Assembly (NCBI GenBank): GCA_051530055.1 | Contig: CM121341.1 | Location: forward strand, 1,426,001 to 1,490,000 | DNA from: Neoechinorhynchus agilis | Taxonomy: Eukaryota; Animalia; Acanthocephala | Direction of reading: 5' to 3' | DNA length: 64,000 nucleotides | In this document: piece by piece, positions 51,902-64,000 of the stretch | Layout: every line of letters starts with the position of its first letter | Position numbering within the stretch: the first letter of the stretch is position 1 | The notes under the pieces: generated by a model | What the model was told of the DNA's origin: nothing | The model's database searches: none | What the model saw: the letters and a program-made list of their open reading frames with translations, nothing else | Position numbers and translations under genes: made by a program

Positions 51902-53421
51902 TTATCTTAAAATGGTGGGCGTTTAGCAGTGTAAGTTTAAGTGAAATAGAATTTAAGATACTTGTAGGTTGGGACCTCCATTTGTCCATTTATACCTTCA
52001 CGAGTACTCTACAAAAAAGTATTAAGTGTTTATAACATCCTTTCCTCGGCTTATTTTTCCTTTAGGCACACAATCAACCGCAATCTTGGATTTGGGAAGG
52101 TATTGAATCACTTAGACTCTGACCTATACGGTCTCACTAATGAGCCCGCTTCCTCGAAAGGAAACTCCGAGGATCCGGACGGGAATGTACAAAATCATAA
52201 TCGTATGGTTCAGGATATCAAGTGATCCAATCACTTCCCTGGTGTAAGAGATCGGTTTAACTGTATAAAATAAGACAAGGAAGTGATGCTCTAGCAAAAC
52301 CGAAATCAATAAAACCGGCTTGCCAGTAGACATAAGAGAACAAAAAAGGATGATGCTTTTGAGAAAGAAGGAGGATGTGTCTGAAGTTGGCAGTTTTCAT
52401 TGTTATTGTGGCCCACAAGGGGTTTCCCGGAGCTTTAGCTCTAACATTCTGTTTTCGTGAAGGTAAAGAAGCAGTGAGCGGCACCTTGGAATGGGGTTTT
52501 GACGTCGTAAAAACAATATATTGCTCCAAAATGCAATATTAGAATCTGTTTTGAATATAAATATTGATTTTTTAAACCTCAGCCAAAGTAGTCTTTTAGG
52601 AGCACCCAAAATCTAGAAAATATAGATATTAATTTATTAATCTCTATTTTCTCAATCAACGAAATATATCCATGAACAACTTGTGATAGAAAACTGGTGT
52701 TCAATTTCATTAAAATTAACATTGAAGTATTGTTTAATATAAACCATTTTCCTTCTTCTCCTGATGTAATATGCGAAATGGTACATTACATCGTACAAAG
52801 ATCCATACGGAATGCCCATTGCCGGCGATATTTTCGTGAAACACGACCAACATCCGTCGGATCAAAAAAAGAAGATAGCAAAAACACAATCAGTTCATTT
52901 TCTACGCATTTGTAAAGTGCAATTGAATGGTACAGAATCGTTATGTATGAATTTATGCCTAATATTCAGCTTATAGAAAATATGTGGTGAGTGTACATTT
53001 TTATCCTAAATTTCCTTCAATATATGTTATTGCACAAGGATTCACTTTTTATTTATTCTCCAAATTTTCGTTCATTTGCACATCTTTTTCACATTTTAGA
53101 CTTTAATGAATTAAAAATGCATGAGTGCTTGCAGTCCACTAATTCAAGTCTTGTCGCATTAAATGAATTCGAACCAGTATTTTACTGTAAATAATTTTTT
53201 AAGTATACGTTATTTTTTGTGGTCTATGCGCTCTATACATCTCGTACATTTTCTCAATCCTCACACCTTGAAGTCCTCATAAATGAAATAAATCTTTTTT
53301 GTACGAAGCAACTTTAAATTCGTAGTACAGGAATTAAATCTTGGGGACAAACTCATTTAAGCTCGCACAGACAATCGGTTTTTGTAGTAATCTTTATGTC
53401 TTGGATTATTATCTTCTGGGG

Positions 53422-53665
53422 AAGATACTTTCTTTTCTTAGTTTTGCAACCCTGGATTCAAAAATTCACCGATGATTTATTTCCCCGATATTTCACGTCG
53501 GATAATTCCAACATTTCGTCAAAGTTTGCCATTTGGAGTGTCTTTTAATAACTAACAATGACAAACCCTGAGGAAATGTTTGAATTGTCCGACGTGAAAT
53601 GTCGGAGATAAATCAGTGAATTTTTTAATCCAGGGTTGCAAAACTAAGAAAAAGAAGGTCATCTT
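53422..53665. mobile_element. Intergenic MITE-like fold-back element (about 245 bp, arms of about 90 bp)
   Basis: tagttttgcaaccctggatt...cacgtcgga...aacattt mirrored by aaatgttt...tccgacgtg...aatccagggttgcaaaacta. Confidence 0.85.
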
Positions 53666-54005
53666 TATATTCAAGTTAATGTAATATTTAGTACTTTCTT
53701 CGTTCTTGAGCAGTACTTTATTTTCATGCAAACGGTTAGGTATTATTTATCGAATGATTTTCAACCATACTGTTTATGCGTTTTCTTAACCGCGAAGACT
53801 CATCAATCTTTCACAGTTTTTAATCATTTTAAAAGTGTCAAAAGAACCATTTTGTAGCGCAGTTATTAATTCTATTTGGAGCTTCTATAAACATGCCAAC
53901 GCGTCTAAACTTTTAAAATTATTTTTATTTAAACGCGCCAAATTCCGAAATCGATTTTTCGTTCTCCTTGTTAACTTTTTAAACGAAAATTTAAATCAGT
54001 TTTAG

Positions 54006-55473
54006 ATGTCCACTCGTGCTGTCGGCTGCTTCACAAGCAAATTAAAAGTTTCTATTCTCGCCGCCACTTCCGCCGCAGCATTTGGACTCGTTTCTTATTA
54101 CTTTTATCTTCGTTCAAAACGAAATAGAAGTGTATTAGCTGTCTTTGCCAAATCAGTTTCTTCGGGTGAAGAAAAGTATGAACCGTTAGTAAACGGAGAT
54201 GTTGACTCGTGCCCTACTCAAAATCTATCCAACGGAAACCAGCACTCAATGATGAATTCAGGTCAATGTGTATCCAAAAGTCCGGAAAGCGGACCATCAA
54301 TCGATGAAATATTGGGATTATCTTCTGGTGAACTTAATCCGATCCTCGTAAACTCTATATCGCGCGTACTTAGCGAAGAGTTAGAGAAATTAATGACTAA
54401 CAGTGGTTATGTGTTAAACGAAAAATCAACAACCCGAATAGTTAATATTTTTATCACCCTATCGAACGTTTGTGCTTTCCGAAATTCCTTGCTTAGTATT
54501 TATAGCTCGACGATCCCTGATTTGACTGTGAAACTATTGACTTTTCTGTCCACAAAAAGGTACGCACTCCCGAATGAAGATCTATTAAGACTGAAAATAG
54601 TTTCAAAATCTCTCGTGTTCTTTGCCAATCTCTTAAGGGATTTCCCCAATGGAACAGTGGGATTCGGCCGCACTTATCTGATCAAAAAAGTGCTCAATCA
54701 AATATTTTAGGCCTGTATTGAGCATTTGTCGTTGATGTTCAATTCTGGCATCTATATTAGAAAGTGAACCCGATTGCCAAGTCAAAAAGAAATGTCTTAG
54801 GGTTGTTCTAAACTTGGCGATCTTGCCAGAAAATCATGACTTTATATTCCCCAAAATCGAATCCATTCTTCCATTTTGTTCAATGTGGACCAGCCATTCT
54901 AAAGATGAATCTCGTTTATGTCTGATATCATGGAAGATACTGGTAAATCTTTCCGGGACTAAAATGCTCTATCTACAGGGTGTTTATGAAAAAGGATTTG
55001 AGTTGCCTAAATCAAACGACGAGATTAAACTGATTGGCGATAGTTATCAGCATGAAATCGCCGAGCAAATGGTTCAACTTTATTCTAATCTCACTCATGA
55101 AGTCGTTAGACAGTCGCATAAATTAGGAACTGCTTATCTCCCTCATGCGGCTCTTGTACGACATTTGATGAACCCAAAATGTTTTGGCTTGACTATGGAA
55201 AAGTTTACTTTTTTGATGCAACAAAAATACGGGTTCCTAGATAGTTTATTGGAAATATGTGCCGATATTGCTGATTCGATCGATTTTATTAAGACATTCC
55301 GAAAAAATACTTTATGTTGGAGAGTGTTGCCCGGCGGTAGAACGGTGTCGTGTACTGGCATCAATAGCTTTAATGTTGACTATCCTGCTGATGATGAAGT
55401 TGATGATTGGAATAGTGAATCATTAGAAACATCGAATTTGGAGGATACAAAGGAAGAGATTCTGGAGGAATGA
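54006..55473 (+). CDS. Armadillo-repeat protein with N-terminal membrane anchor (ARMC10/ARMCX-like); predicted exons 54006-54676 and 54744-55473 (466 aa)
   Basis: Hydrophobic N-terminal segment followed by basic residues (AAAFGLVSYYFYLRSKR). ARM-like LSNVCAF and KCLRVVLNLAILPEN. Family assignment from pattern only. Confidence 0.5.
54677..54743 (+). other. Predicted non-canonical hairpin intron (67 nt)
   Basis: IR AAA(G)TGCTCAAT/ATTGAGCATTT. TCTG direct repeat. Nearby AG acceptors are followed by an in-frame TGA. Confidence 0.65.
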
Positions 55474-56189
55474 TTTTTAGAGATAGCCGTACAAAGCGAT
55501 TAAACGCAATAAATGCTCAGCTTGTGAATCTTTCTAAAATTTAAACTCGTTCAATTTTTTAAAATCTGTCATCGATTTTGTAAGTAACTTCCCGCTTCCC
55601 CCTTTTCTTGTGCGAATGTTTGATTGCTCTAACTAACACTTATCAATATCAAAAACTTCAATAGTATAGGAGAATGTCTTGCAAATTCTATTCGTTAAAT
55701 AAGAATTTTCCGATAATTTCAATGCTCCAAGATCATTATTTGCGTCAATTTTTATTGCAGTTTTAAAAATTGCTTCATCCGGCTTTCAAACTTCGTGGTT
55801 TTAAATCATACGTATCATCTTGCTTTATTCTTGAAAAGGCTTATTAAAAAATCAATATCCTATTCTCTTTAATAAGTTTGCTTATATATATCTATCATTA
55901 TCTCCATTTTTCAGAAGGCTGCTGCACTTCCTTCCATCCTAAAGATTCTTCTAATTATAGTCGATATTTCCATATAATTTTCTGTACCTGAATAACTCGA
56001 ATTATTTAAAGAAATTACTAACCAGATATCTTCGTCGTCACATAGGTTGCAGAGGGGTAGTGAAGCGGCCACGAAGGAGAATACGGTTTTGCTAGATTCC
56101 ATCACTATGCTAAACTCAAACGATGATTCGTTGGAGACGAGTGGTGTTTTTTAAAATATTGCGAATACTTCAACAATTATTAGGGACTT

Positions 56190-58430
56190 GGCACCACCTT
56201 TAGAGGATATTCAGCCTAAAGTACTTTATGATTCTACAATTACTGTGGACGAGTATGATATTAGGGCTTCGATAAAACATAGCGATAAGAAACGCGAGAA
56301 CGATTCACCTTCAGTAACTACTAAGAAAGCTACGGTTGAACAAAAGGTTGAAGAAACATCTGAACGAGTAGGAAGAAGAGCAAAAGGAGGAACAAATAAC
56401 TATAAGGATATAAGGTTGACACCAACACCATCACAATCAATCAAACCTACGATTCACTTCTGTAATGATACGTTTCCCCCCCCCCCCAAGCCCTTCATTC
56501 TTTGCCGATCTGAACTCGATCCATCGTGTTATGCACTCCTCCTTCAAGGATATAAATCGCATTATTTTGATTACTGCTATGCCGGAATTCCCTGTTGCAT
56601 ATCCTGTCGCCGATTATGCACACAATTGTCACAATATTCTTCGTATCACTCAACTCTTTTCCCACTTGCATTCTGCATTTCCCAACTCAAACAACTGCTG
56701 TGCGCATTCCCTCTAAAAATCCAATTAGCCAGCGCTCACCTCTTCTTAATGTAACCTTCAATTCAACACTCATAGCCTCCCTCTTCCTTAACACAAGATA
56801 AGAGCTCCTTACTTCAAAACTTTATTCTCTCCAAACTCAACCCAGATCTCATCGTCCCAGGATGATCCTTCGCATTGAACGAACATCATAGAACATCTTT
56901 CACATCCTAACAACTGTAAGTGTAAGCGATTTCCCAACTTGTTTGACTACGTGCTTCTCCACCGGCGCCCAGAAAACCATAAGGGATAACTACTGAGTCC
57001 TCCCACTTTAAACACGGTTTCCCTTTCGAAACAAGTAAAAAATTATCACTCAATGTCCACACGGATATACTACAAATCGGCATATCCAATCGTGGCTGAT
57101 CCACATCAATTCTCAAATCAAAACTTGTTCATAATATTGCTAATCTCTCCCCCACTTCTCCCTTTGAGATAATAAATCCTTTGAGATCGAAAACTTGTAT
57201 CAGTTCCTCCATTAATTTATCACCCACGACGACAATAGCAACCTCAATCTCCGCCAACACCCACAATTCAGTTCCCCATCCTATTCTAACACTCGAAGCC
57301 TTCTTCCCAAACTAGATGATGTATCACACTTCTCATCTTCTTCAGCCATCCTTCCCGGGTACTCTTCCTTCCATACATACCGCGAGGACCGTCCAGGGGG
57401 GGTCCCAATTTTAGTACTACACTCACTACCATACTCGTCATCTCGGCTTTCAGCAAAACTAAAAATCTAGAATTCATTGCAGTCCATTTCATAGCTCCTC
57501 TGAGAAACGGCCTTAGAGAATTCACAATTGCTGGCGTCTATCACCCTCCGGCCTCTCATCCTGAGTCCTCTTTGCGCCAACTTGATTCCATGATGGAGCT
57601 CATAAACTCCACAAATTCGCACCATTTCTTAATTGCAGGGGACTTCAATAATCTATTTCCTCTTCTACCCTTCTCCGAGCTGCGTCGACTTATTGACTTC
57701 CCAACTCGTCTTGACGCTCATCTCGACAAAGTGTTCACAAATATCGACGCCTATTCATCCGCCTCTAAACTCCCTCCCCCCGCGAACTCTGACCACTCTT
57801 CTGCCCTTATTACTCCCTCCACCCCACCTCAGCGTTTAAAATCACATCGCTTGCCCGTATGGGATAAATGGGATCATAACATTTACAACTTTATCAAATT
57901 GATAATTCTATGACTCACATCCTCTACTCTGACAACACTAATGACCCCTAACTGGTCATGTCCTCCCTAACCTCAATCATAAAAAATTCCTTAAGTACGG
58001 CAATAGTCAAAAATTCATTGGAATCTCCAAAATTTACCAACCATTGAAACCCCGCCATCTTGAATCTTCGTCAAAAGCAAGCATCTAAGTTCCACCTCAA
58101 TAACTCTCCAAACTTTCCCCGTTTACAAGTAGCTCCAATTAAAAATTTTTTTGCCCGCAAAAACTTTCTTTCCTCCAAAATTCGTTCAGGTGGCAATTCA
58201 ACATGGTGGCCGACCGTCAAGGACTCTTGGTCTACGCCAACCAGATCCCTTTCCTTATTTGTCTTCCACTGAATTAAACAGGTTCAAGATTCCATTAATC
58301 GAAAGCTCTGCCCTCACTCAATTTACAGTCACTGCTCAACATCAGACTCCAAACAATCTTTCACGCCCACACCTGAAACTTTTGTCAACTCTCCGATACT
58401 CCCCTTAGTTTCATCATATGAAGTGCTACA
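56190..58430 (+). mobile_element. L2/CR1-group LINE, degraded 5' half (ORF1 remnant plus APE)
   Basis: SNTRSLLPKLDD, AGVYHPP, LIAGDFN, FPTRLDAHLDKVFTN, NSDH. Confidence 0.75.
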
Positions 58431-59272
58431 GCATTACTTTTTTGTGGTGAGTAACAATTTAACAGTTTTGATGCCAAAGTTATTATTTTAACTCACCATT
58501 AAACTCTTTATCGGTGTATTTGGTTCACATTTTAATGACCCTAGTTGTGAAATAATCCGGAACCTTATTGATCCCGCACTCTCATTAAAGTTTGAAGGTT
58601 GAATTATACATGTTTGTTTATTGCGAAAAATTGAAGGTTGAATTATACATGTTTGTTTATTGCGAAAAATTGAAGGAATTTTATTAAATCGGATATTTCG
58701 GCACAATCTCGTGCCTTTATCAATTTTGTTTGCTGAAACTCTTGTAGCTTCGTATGTATTTTTTGTGATAAGAAGAATATAGATTTGTTTGTTATTATTC
58801 CTCAGCAAACAACCTTAATAGAGGCACAATATTATGCCGAAATATCGGACTTAGCCATAATTCTTTTAATTTTTCGGCCACAAACAAACATTCTCTTTAA
58901 AACCCATGTACAAATGATAACTGTAAATCATCTCATGTTTATCCAAAAGAGGTAATTTCTCAATGTCATTATCGGAGAAAGCAAAATCTTTTCGTTTTTT
59001 CATCAGCGCTTTTAGTGAACTGAAGCACTAGATCAATTGTTAAAAGTTGCGCGATGGTAGTAGACTTAGCGAAATATTATCAAAAGAAAACGAAATCAGT
59101 TGCTTATTCAATGTGAGATAATTCTGAAGTTGAGAACCCACAATTAATAAAAATTCTTGCAGCTTTTTTGCTTTTAGAACAACAGTGCATTCTCGAGCAT
59201 CCAAAGCAAAAAAGGCAACTTTCTCTGTTCGTCGATGTGACTTTGAGTTATTTTCTTTTTTAGACACTTTTT

Positions 59273-62200
59273 TCATTTAATTCGATTTTTACCTTTTTCA
59301 CTTTCAATGTTTTGAATTTGTTTTTCAAGCTTCCGGATTTGTTCCTCGTTCGTTGATTTTATTAGGTTATAAAACACTTTATTGATATTTTCATTGTTCT
59401 TGGAACGAATAACCTCAGAGAAAAAATCAATATCATCTTTAGACATGTCCTAAAATCAATCGATATATTTTTATGTTCGATTTCTAAATTTAAACCTTTA
59501 GATGTTTTTCTAAGAGTGGCTTAAATCGTGAATCAGAACAGGATTTTTTGTATGGGCTCCGATCAACCCCTCTTGTTCCGACCCACCTATTCATTAAGGA
59601 TCGCAATGTGCCACTCTCAGACTCATATGGACTATCTTTAACAGTTTGAACAATGGAAATATCTTTCGGTACGACTGAAACAACTGGTTTTGTTGAACTA
59701 TTGGACGTCCAAATTGTGTCATATACATCGTTCTTTATTGGTACGGATTGTAAAAGATCCAATGAAGTTCCTACTGCCGCTGATTCATCTTTATCCCGTT
59801 GTGCTTCCACAGATTCCTTCATTGGTTTTTGCTTTTCATGACCCTCTTTTTCAATGGAATTGATCAATTCATTGTTTGCAGATATAAGCAATTGGTAATA
59901 AATTTTATTTAAGCGGTCCTTGTCTTTTAGACGGATCACTTCACGAACAAATATATAATCATCGTTGCTCATTTCCTAAAGCAGCATGTTAGCACGATTC
60001 CGTAAATATTTTAATTCAATACCTTCAAGTGTTTGTCCAGTATAGGTCGAAACCGTGAATCAGAGCATGATTTCTTTAATGGATTTCGATTAATTCCTCT
60101 TGCACGAACCCACTTATGCATTAAAGAGTGTAATGTATTATTTTTTGATTCATTTGCATCTTTTTTCTCAATTGATTCTTCAATAGGATTAGCCAAGATT
60201 TTTTCTTTATTTTGTTTAACAAGCAGGATTGTATCCGCATTTATATGTTCAATCTTCGAGAGGCCCGCTAAAGGATTAGGGATTGTCTGCGAAACGTCCC
60301 GACTATTCAAAAGTAGTTCTCGTCTCAATAAATTCTCATTTCTGTCGATATTCAAGGATTCCTTTGCTATACTAGTTTTATGAATACTTTGATTTTCAAA
60401 CGACTTTATGATTTCCTCGTCAGTCGTTCTAATCAATTGGTAATATATCTGATTTTTACGATCACGAGTTTTTGACCGTATGACACCTTCTAAAAACGAC
60501 AGATCATCCTTGCTCAAATCCTAAACAGCTCACGATCTACATACTAAATTGTCTCTTACAAACTCACCTTTAAGCGCTTTTCCAGAAGTTTCCTAAATCT
60601 GAAGTCCGCACATGAAGTCTTTAATGGGTCACTGTTCAATCCTCGGGCTGCAACCCATTTTTCCATTAATTTATTCAAAGAACTGTTTTTCTTCTCGTCA
60701 AAATCCATTTTTTTTGAAAATGCGGTTTCCCATGCGATTGAGGGAATCTTCTTTCTAGACAAGCTTATGGTTTTCCTCTTCTGTTCTCCTCCTTGTTTCT
60801 GTTTCTGCATTTCTGTATATGTTCGAGTTTCATCTGGGAAAAACTTTGATTCCTTTTGCGATTTATCCTCTATTACCTTCTCTTTTGAGGCATCGGCATT
60901 TCTATGACATTCTATTTTGTAGATTAACTGTTCTATTTCTTTTTCGGGAGTTTCAAGCGATCCCAATGCAGTTTGGTTTTTTTGCGATTCGTCCTCTATT
61001 ACCTTCTCTTTTGAGGCATCGGTATTTCTATGACATTCTATTTTGTAGATTAATTGTTCTATTTCTTTTTCGGGAGTTTCAAGCGATCCCAATGCAGTTT
61101 GGTTTTTTTGCGATTCGTCCTCTATTACCTTCTCTTTTGAGGCATCGGGATTTCTATGGCATTCTATTTTGTAGATTAACTGTTCGATTTCTTTTTGAGA
61201 GGTTTCAAGCGCTCCCAATGCAGCGTTGTTTTTTCGAGCTTCTTCATTTCCATTTTCACCATGAGCTTTACCCACCTCTAAACTATCCTCACTGCTCGCA
61301 AATAACTCTTTTGCTGCTTGTGAATCAATCAGCAGAAGATCCACGTTTCCTATTTCATTTGAATAATCTTTATCATCGAACGTTTGTTCGATGTTCGAAT
61401 GCAGTAGACCTTCTTTTTCTTCGTCTGATGAGCGAGCAAGATTCTCGCCAAACGCAGATTTCTCCTTCAATTCGCGATCTTTTCCTTGATCACGTGCAAG
61501 ATCTTCTTTAGTTTTGGGACTATAATCCTGATTTGATTCCCGACCTTTCCACTGTTCTGCGCAGTCCTTCACACTAAGATACGAAAAGTCCGTATAAGTC
61601 ATTCGATCCTTTTCCACTGTCGCAAAATCGGTATTGATTATACTTTCTCTACCTACCCAGTCATCTTTCTCGTAATCTTTAAGAATTTCGTCTTCAATTG
61701 CTTCCCAAGTCTCATCTCCCACCGATATAACGGTGCAAACCCGTTCATCATCCTTCTTCGAATTTCCATCATTATCCAAATTCGTTTCTGCAAAATCATC
61801 ACCACCATCTTTTTCGATAAGTTCATCGCCTTTTCCTTGCCAATTTTCTGCGCCTAAAGCAACATTTGCATTTCCTATCACTTTCTGGTCGTTTGAAAGA
61901 AAAAATGAACCGCCACCTTCTGGATCATCACTGTGTTCGCATTTAATAATGTCTACTTGTGACAAATCATCTCTAGACTCCACTTGCTTCCTTGTATTTC
62001 TCCAAATCTCATCCAGTAAAATTTTCCGAGCATCAACATTATCTCCATCTACTCCCAATAAATCTTCTTTTCTTTGCGATGAATGAGGATTGAAAATTAC
62101 ACCTTTAATATCAACCGAACGTTTCATACTACTTTCTTGTGCCTTCTGGTAACAATCCAGAATCTTCACCACATTTTCAGGCTTTGAAGAATGTTCATTT

Positions 62201-63618
62201 TCTGGGTCATTAGATTCATTTTCACAATCCACCTCTGTCACCAAATTTACAGTTTCGCTTAATTTATTATCTTCTAATTCGGTAAATGTTTCACCATTTT
62301 CGGTCTCATCAGCATTTTTAGTTGTGCATTGAACAATCTTCACATCACTCGAGTGATCGCTCACTGTAGCTCCTAATACTTCCAATGCTTTTCGTGAAGT
62401 TACTTCTTTTAAATTCAAACAATCGGTTATCGTCACGTCTATTGTCCCGTCCTCTAAGTACTCGTTCGTACTTTCTAACCTTAGTTCAAATATTCTATAC
62501 GTTAAAGTAGGCCAAATCATCTCATTTTCCTTTATCAACAATTGAGTTTCCTGAGCTTCATCTTGAGGAACAGCTGCATCTTCGTTGCTTTTGTAATTAG
62601 ACAAATAGTCGTCTGTGCATTTGATCATCAGAATATCTTCTTCGGATTGATCTTGAACGCCTTTCCCCGTATGAAATAGTTGAGTAGCCTTATCTAATTT
62701 TGTACTCGTTTTATTAACAACTGCGCTTTTATTATCCTCTGGGTCCTGAGGTTTTATGAACGTTGTGTCACAAATACTTTTATTTCGGATCAAATGTTCG
62801 TCCCCTGTGCTTATGCATTTCGCGGGGATTTCCAGTAGCATTTCACTTTGTCTCATATTTTTTAGGTCCATATTTATTTCATCTAGAATGTCCATTGTGG
62901 ATTTATCATCGTAAAAGTAATTAGGCATTCGAACATCACGAACGAAAATCGGCTTCCTTGCGGATTTTTCTTTATGTACACGTTTCAAAGATTTATGGGT
63001 TTCGTGGTGCTTTTGTTTTACTTTGCGGTTTTCTCTTATATATACGATATCTTTGGCTCCTATAATGTCTTGTTCGACACTCACCGGCGGGATACTAACC
63101 ATTTCCCCCTCAAACGACATATTCGGTGTTTCATTGTAATTTAAAGCACTTAGAATATTTGCTATACCGTCCTTTAGTTCACTATTTACCTCATAATTGA
63201 AACATACATCTTCGCCATATAAAAGTTTTTTAGACTCACACCAACTAGCGCTCTCCATAAAGATAAAAGGTCCGTTAAAAATGCTTCCAGTGTACAGCCA
63301 AATTGGAATTTGATTGGACCTGTTTTCTTTTAATCCATCCGATACGTCTCCTGACATCATCAAAAGGAAAAACTTAAGAATTTTAACAGGTTCTTGTGTA
63401 AACGTTTGTTTCAAAACTCCCATAATACCGTTAGTTAATTCCGAAAACGTATAGGTATCCGCTCTTGACACAATCTCCGTATCCATCATAATGTCGTATA
63501 CTAATGCATATCCTGCTCCACTCATTTCATATAAATCTTTCAGTATTAACCCTAGTATTTTTCGATTTACAGACGACGAACGAGTATTTATATAAAGCTT
63601 TCTTTTAACTGCATCCAT
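59273..63618 (-). CDS. Uncharacterised acidic protein of about 1400 aa with three copies of a C-terminal domain of about 80 aa; exons 63618-60568, 60520-60023, 59975-59496 and 59449-59273
   Basis: Three phase-0 GT-AG introns (47, 47 and 46 nt) join the ORFs at the same motif, LK|[DE][LM]S. The last exon end is uncertain. Confidence 0.7.
60852..61229 (-). repeat. Coding tandem repeat, 3 x 126 bp (42 aa)
   Basis: KN[NQ][AT]ALG[AS]LET..KEIEQLIYKIECHRN.DASKEKVIED.SQ three times. Confidence 0.95.
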
Positions 63619-63654
63619 TATTCACATCCAACACTCTTCTGCAAAAGATAAACC

Positions 63655-64000
63655 CTACAAAAGAGCATGTTGATTCTGTGGTATGGATGTCACCGTTTTG
63701 AGAACAATGTTTATATCGATAAATTCCTCAATGTTTAAAGGGGGATGCAATTTTGAAAACACATAACTGCAATACAAATCAAGATTTATCTCTATTCCAT
63801 TTAATATTTTATCCAAAAGGGATTCAGGCGGATATGCGGTTGACATCGCTTTTATAGTTGAAGTCAGAAACTCGGTTGTTTTCGGAATGTCATATTGTTT
63901 TGAGATATTGCTATTAGCACGAACCTTATTCGTCCAATCTCGAATGAGGGAAGCGTAGAGGTTTTGAGCATGCAGTGATTTTCGCGAGGTTAAATCGTCT
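63655..64000 (-). CDS. Open frame running off the window end; either an upstream exon of the 63618 gene or a separate upstream gene
   Basis: The frame is open from 63999 to the TAG at 63655. No family recognised. Confidence 0.5.
   Translation of the reverse strand, partial: DDLTSRKSLHAQNLYASLIRDWTNKVRANSNISKQYDIPKTTEFLTSTIKAMSTAYPPESLLDKILNGIEINLDLYCSYVFSKLHPPLNIEEFIDINIVLKTVTSIPQNQHALL

Noticed and set aside
58591-58675. 39-bp tandem duplication
   Set aside because: Two copies in AT-rich non-coding DNA with no further structure.
60819-62086. Plus-strand ORFs of 230 and 117 aa, and similar short ORFs opposite other genes and TEs
   Set aside because: They are antisense shadows of real coding frames or of repeats.

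Overview
AT-rich eukaryotic, probably metazoan, genomic DNA. About 0-42 kb is a nest of degraded retroelements: an APE-RT LINE, two RTE families, CRE-like and L2/CR1-like fragments, two Penelope-like elements, and a multi-copy Cys-rich element. It also holds a 12-unit Penelope/hammerhead tandem array and a 2.45-kb inverted duplication. Compact host genes are a 5'-truncated importin-4, Nup155, cytosolic threonyl-tRNA synthetase, an ARMC10-like gene and a repeat-domain protein of about 1400 aa. Main observation: next to ordinary GT-AG introns (mostly 44-47 nt, one of 483 nt), several reading-frame breaks in conserved genes are filled by fold-back elements. Each has its own terminal inverted repeat and a short flanking direct repeat, often following exonic TAC. 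They restore a gap-free protein only if removed at non-GT-AG boundaries, which points to transposon-derived, possibly structure-guided introns like those reported in the larvacean Fritillaria borealis. Retroelement ends also carry twister and minimal hammerhead ribozyme motifs. Protein identities and alignments rest on remembered orthologue motifs, not database searches. The noisy tandem arrays may be partly assembly artefacts.
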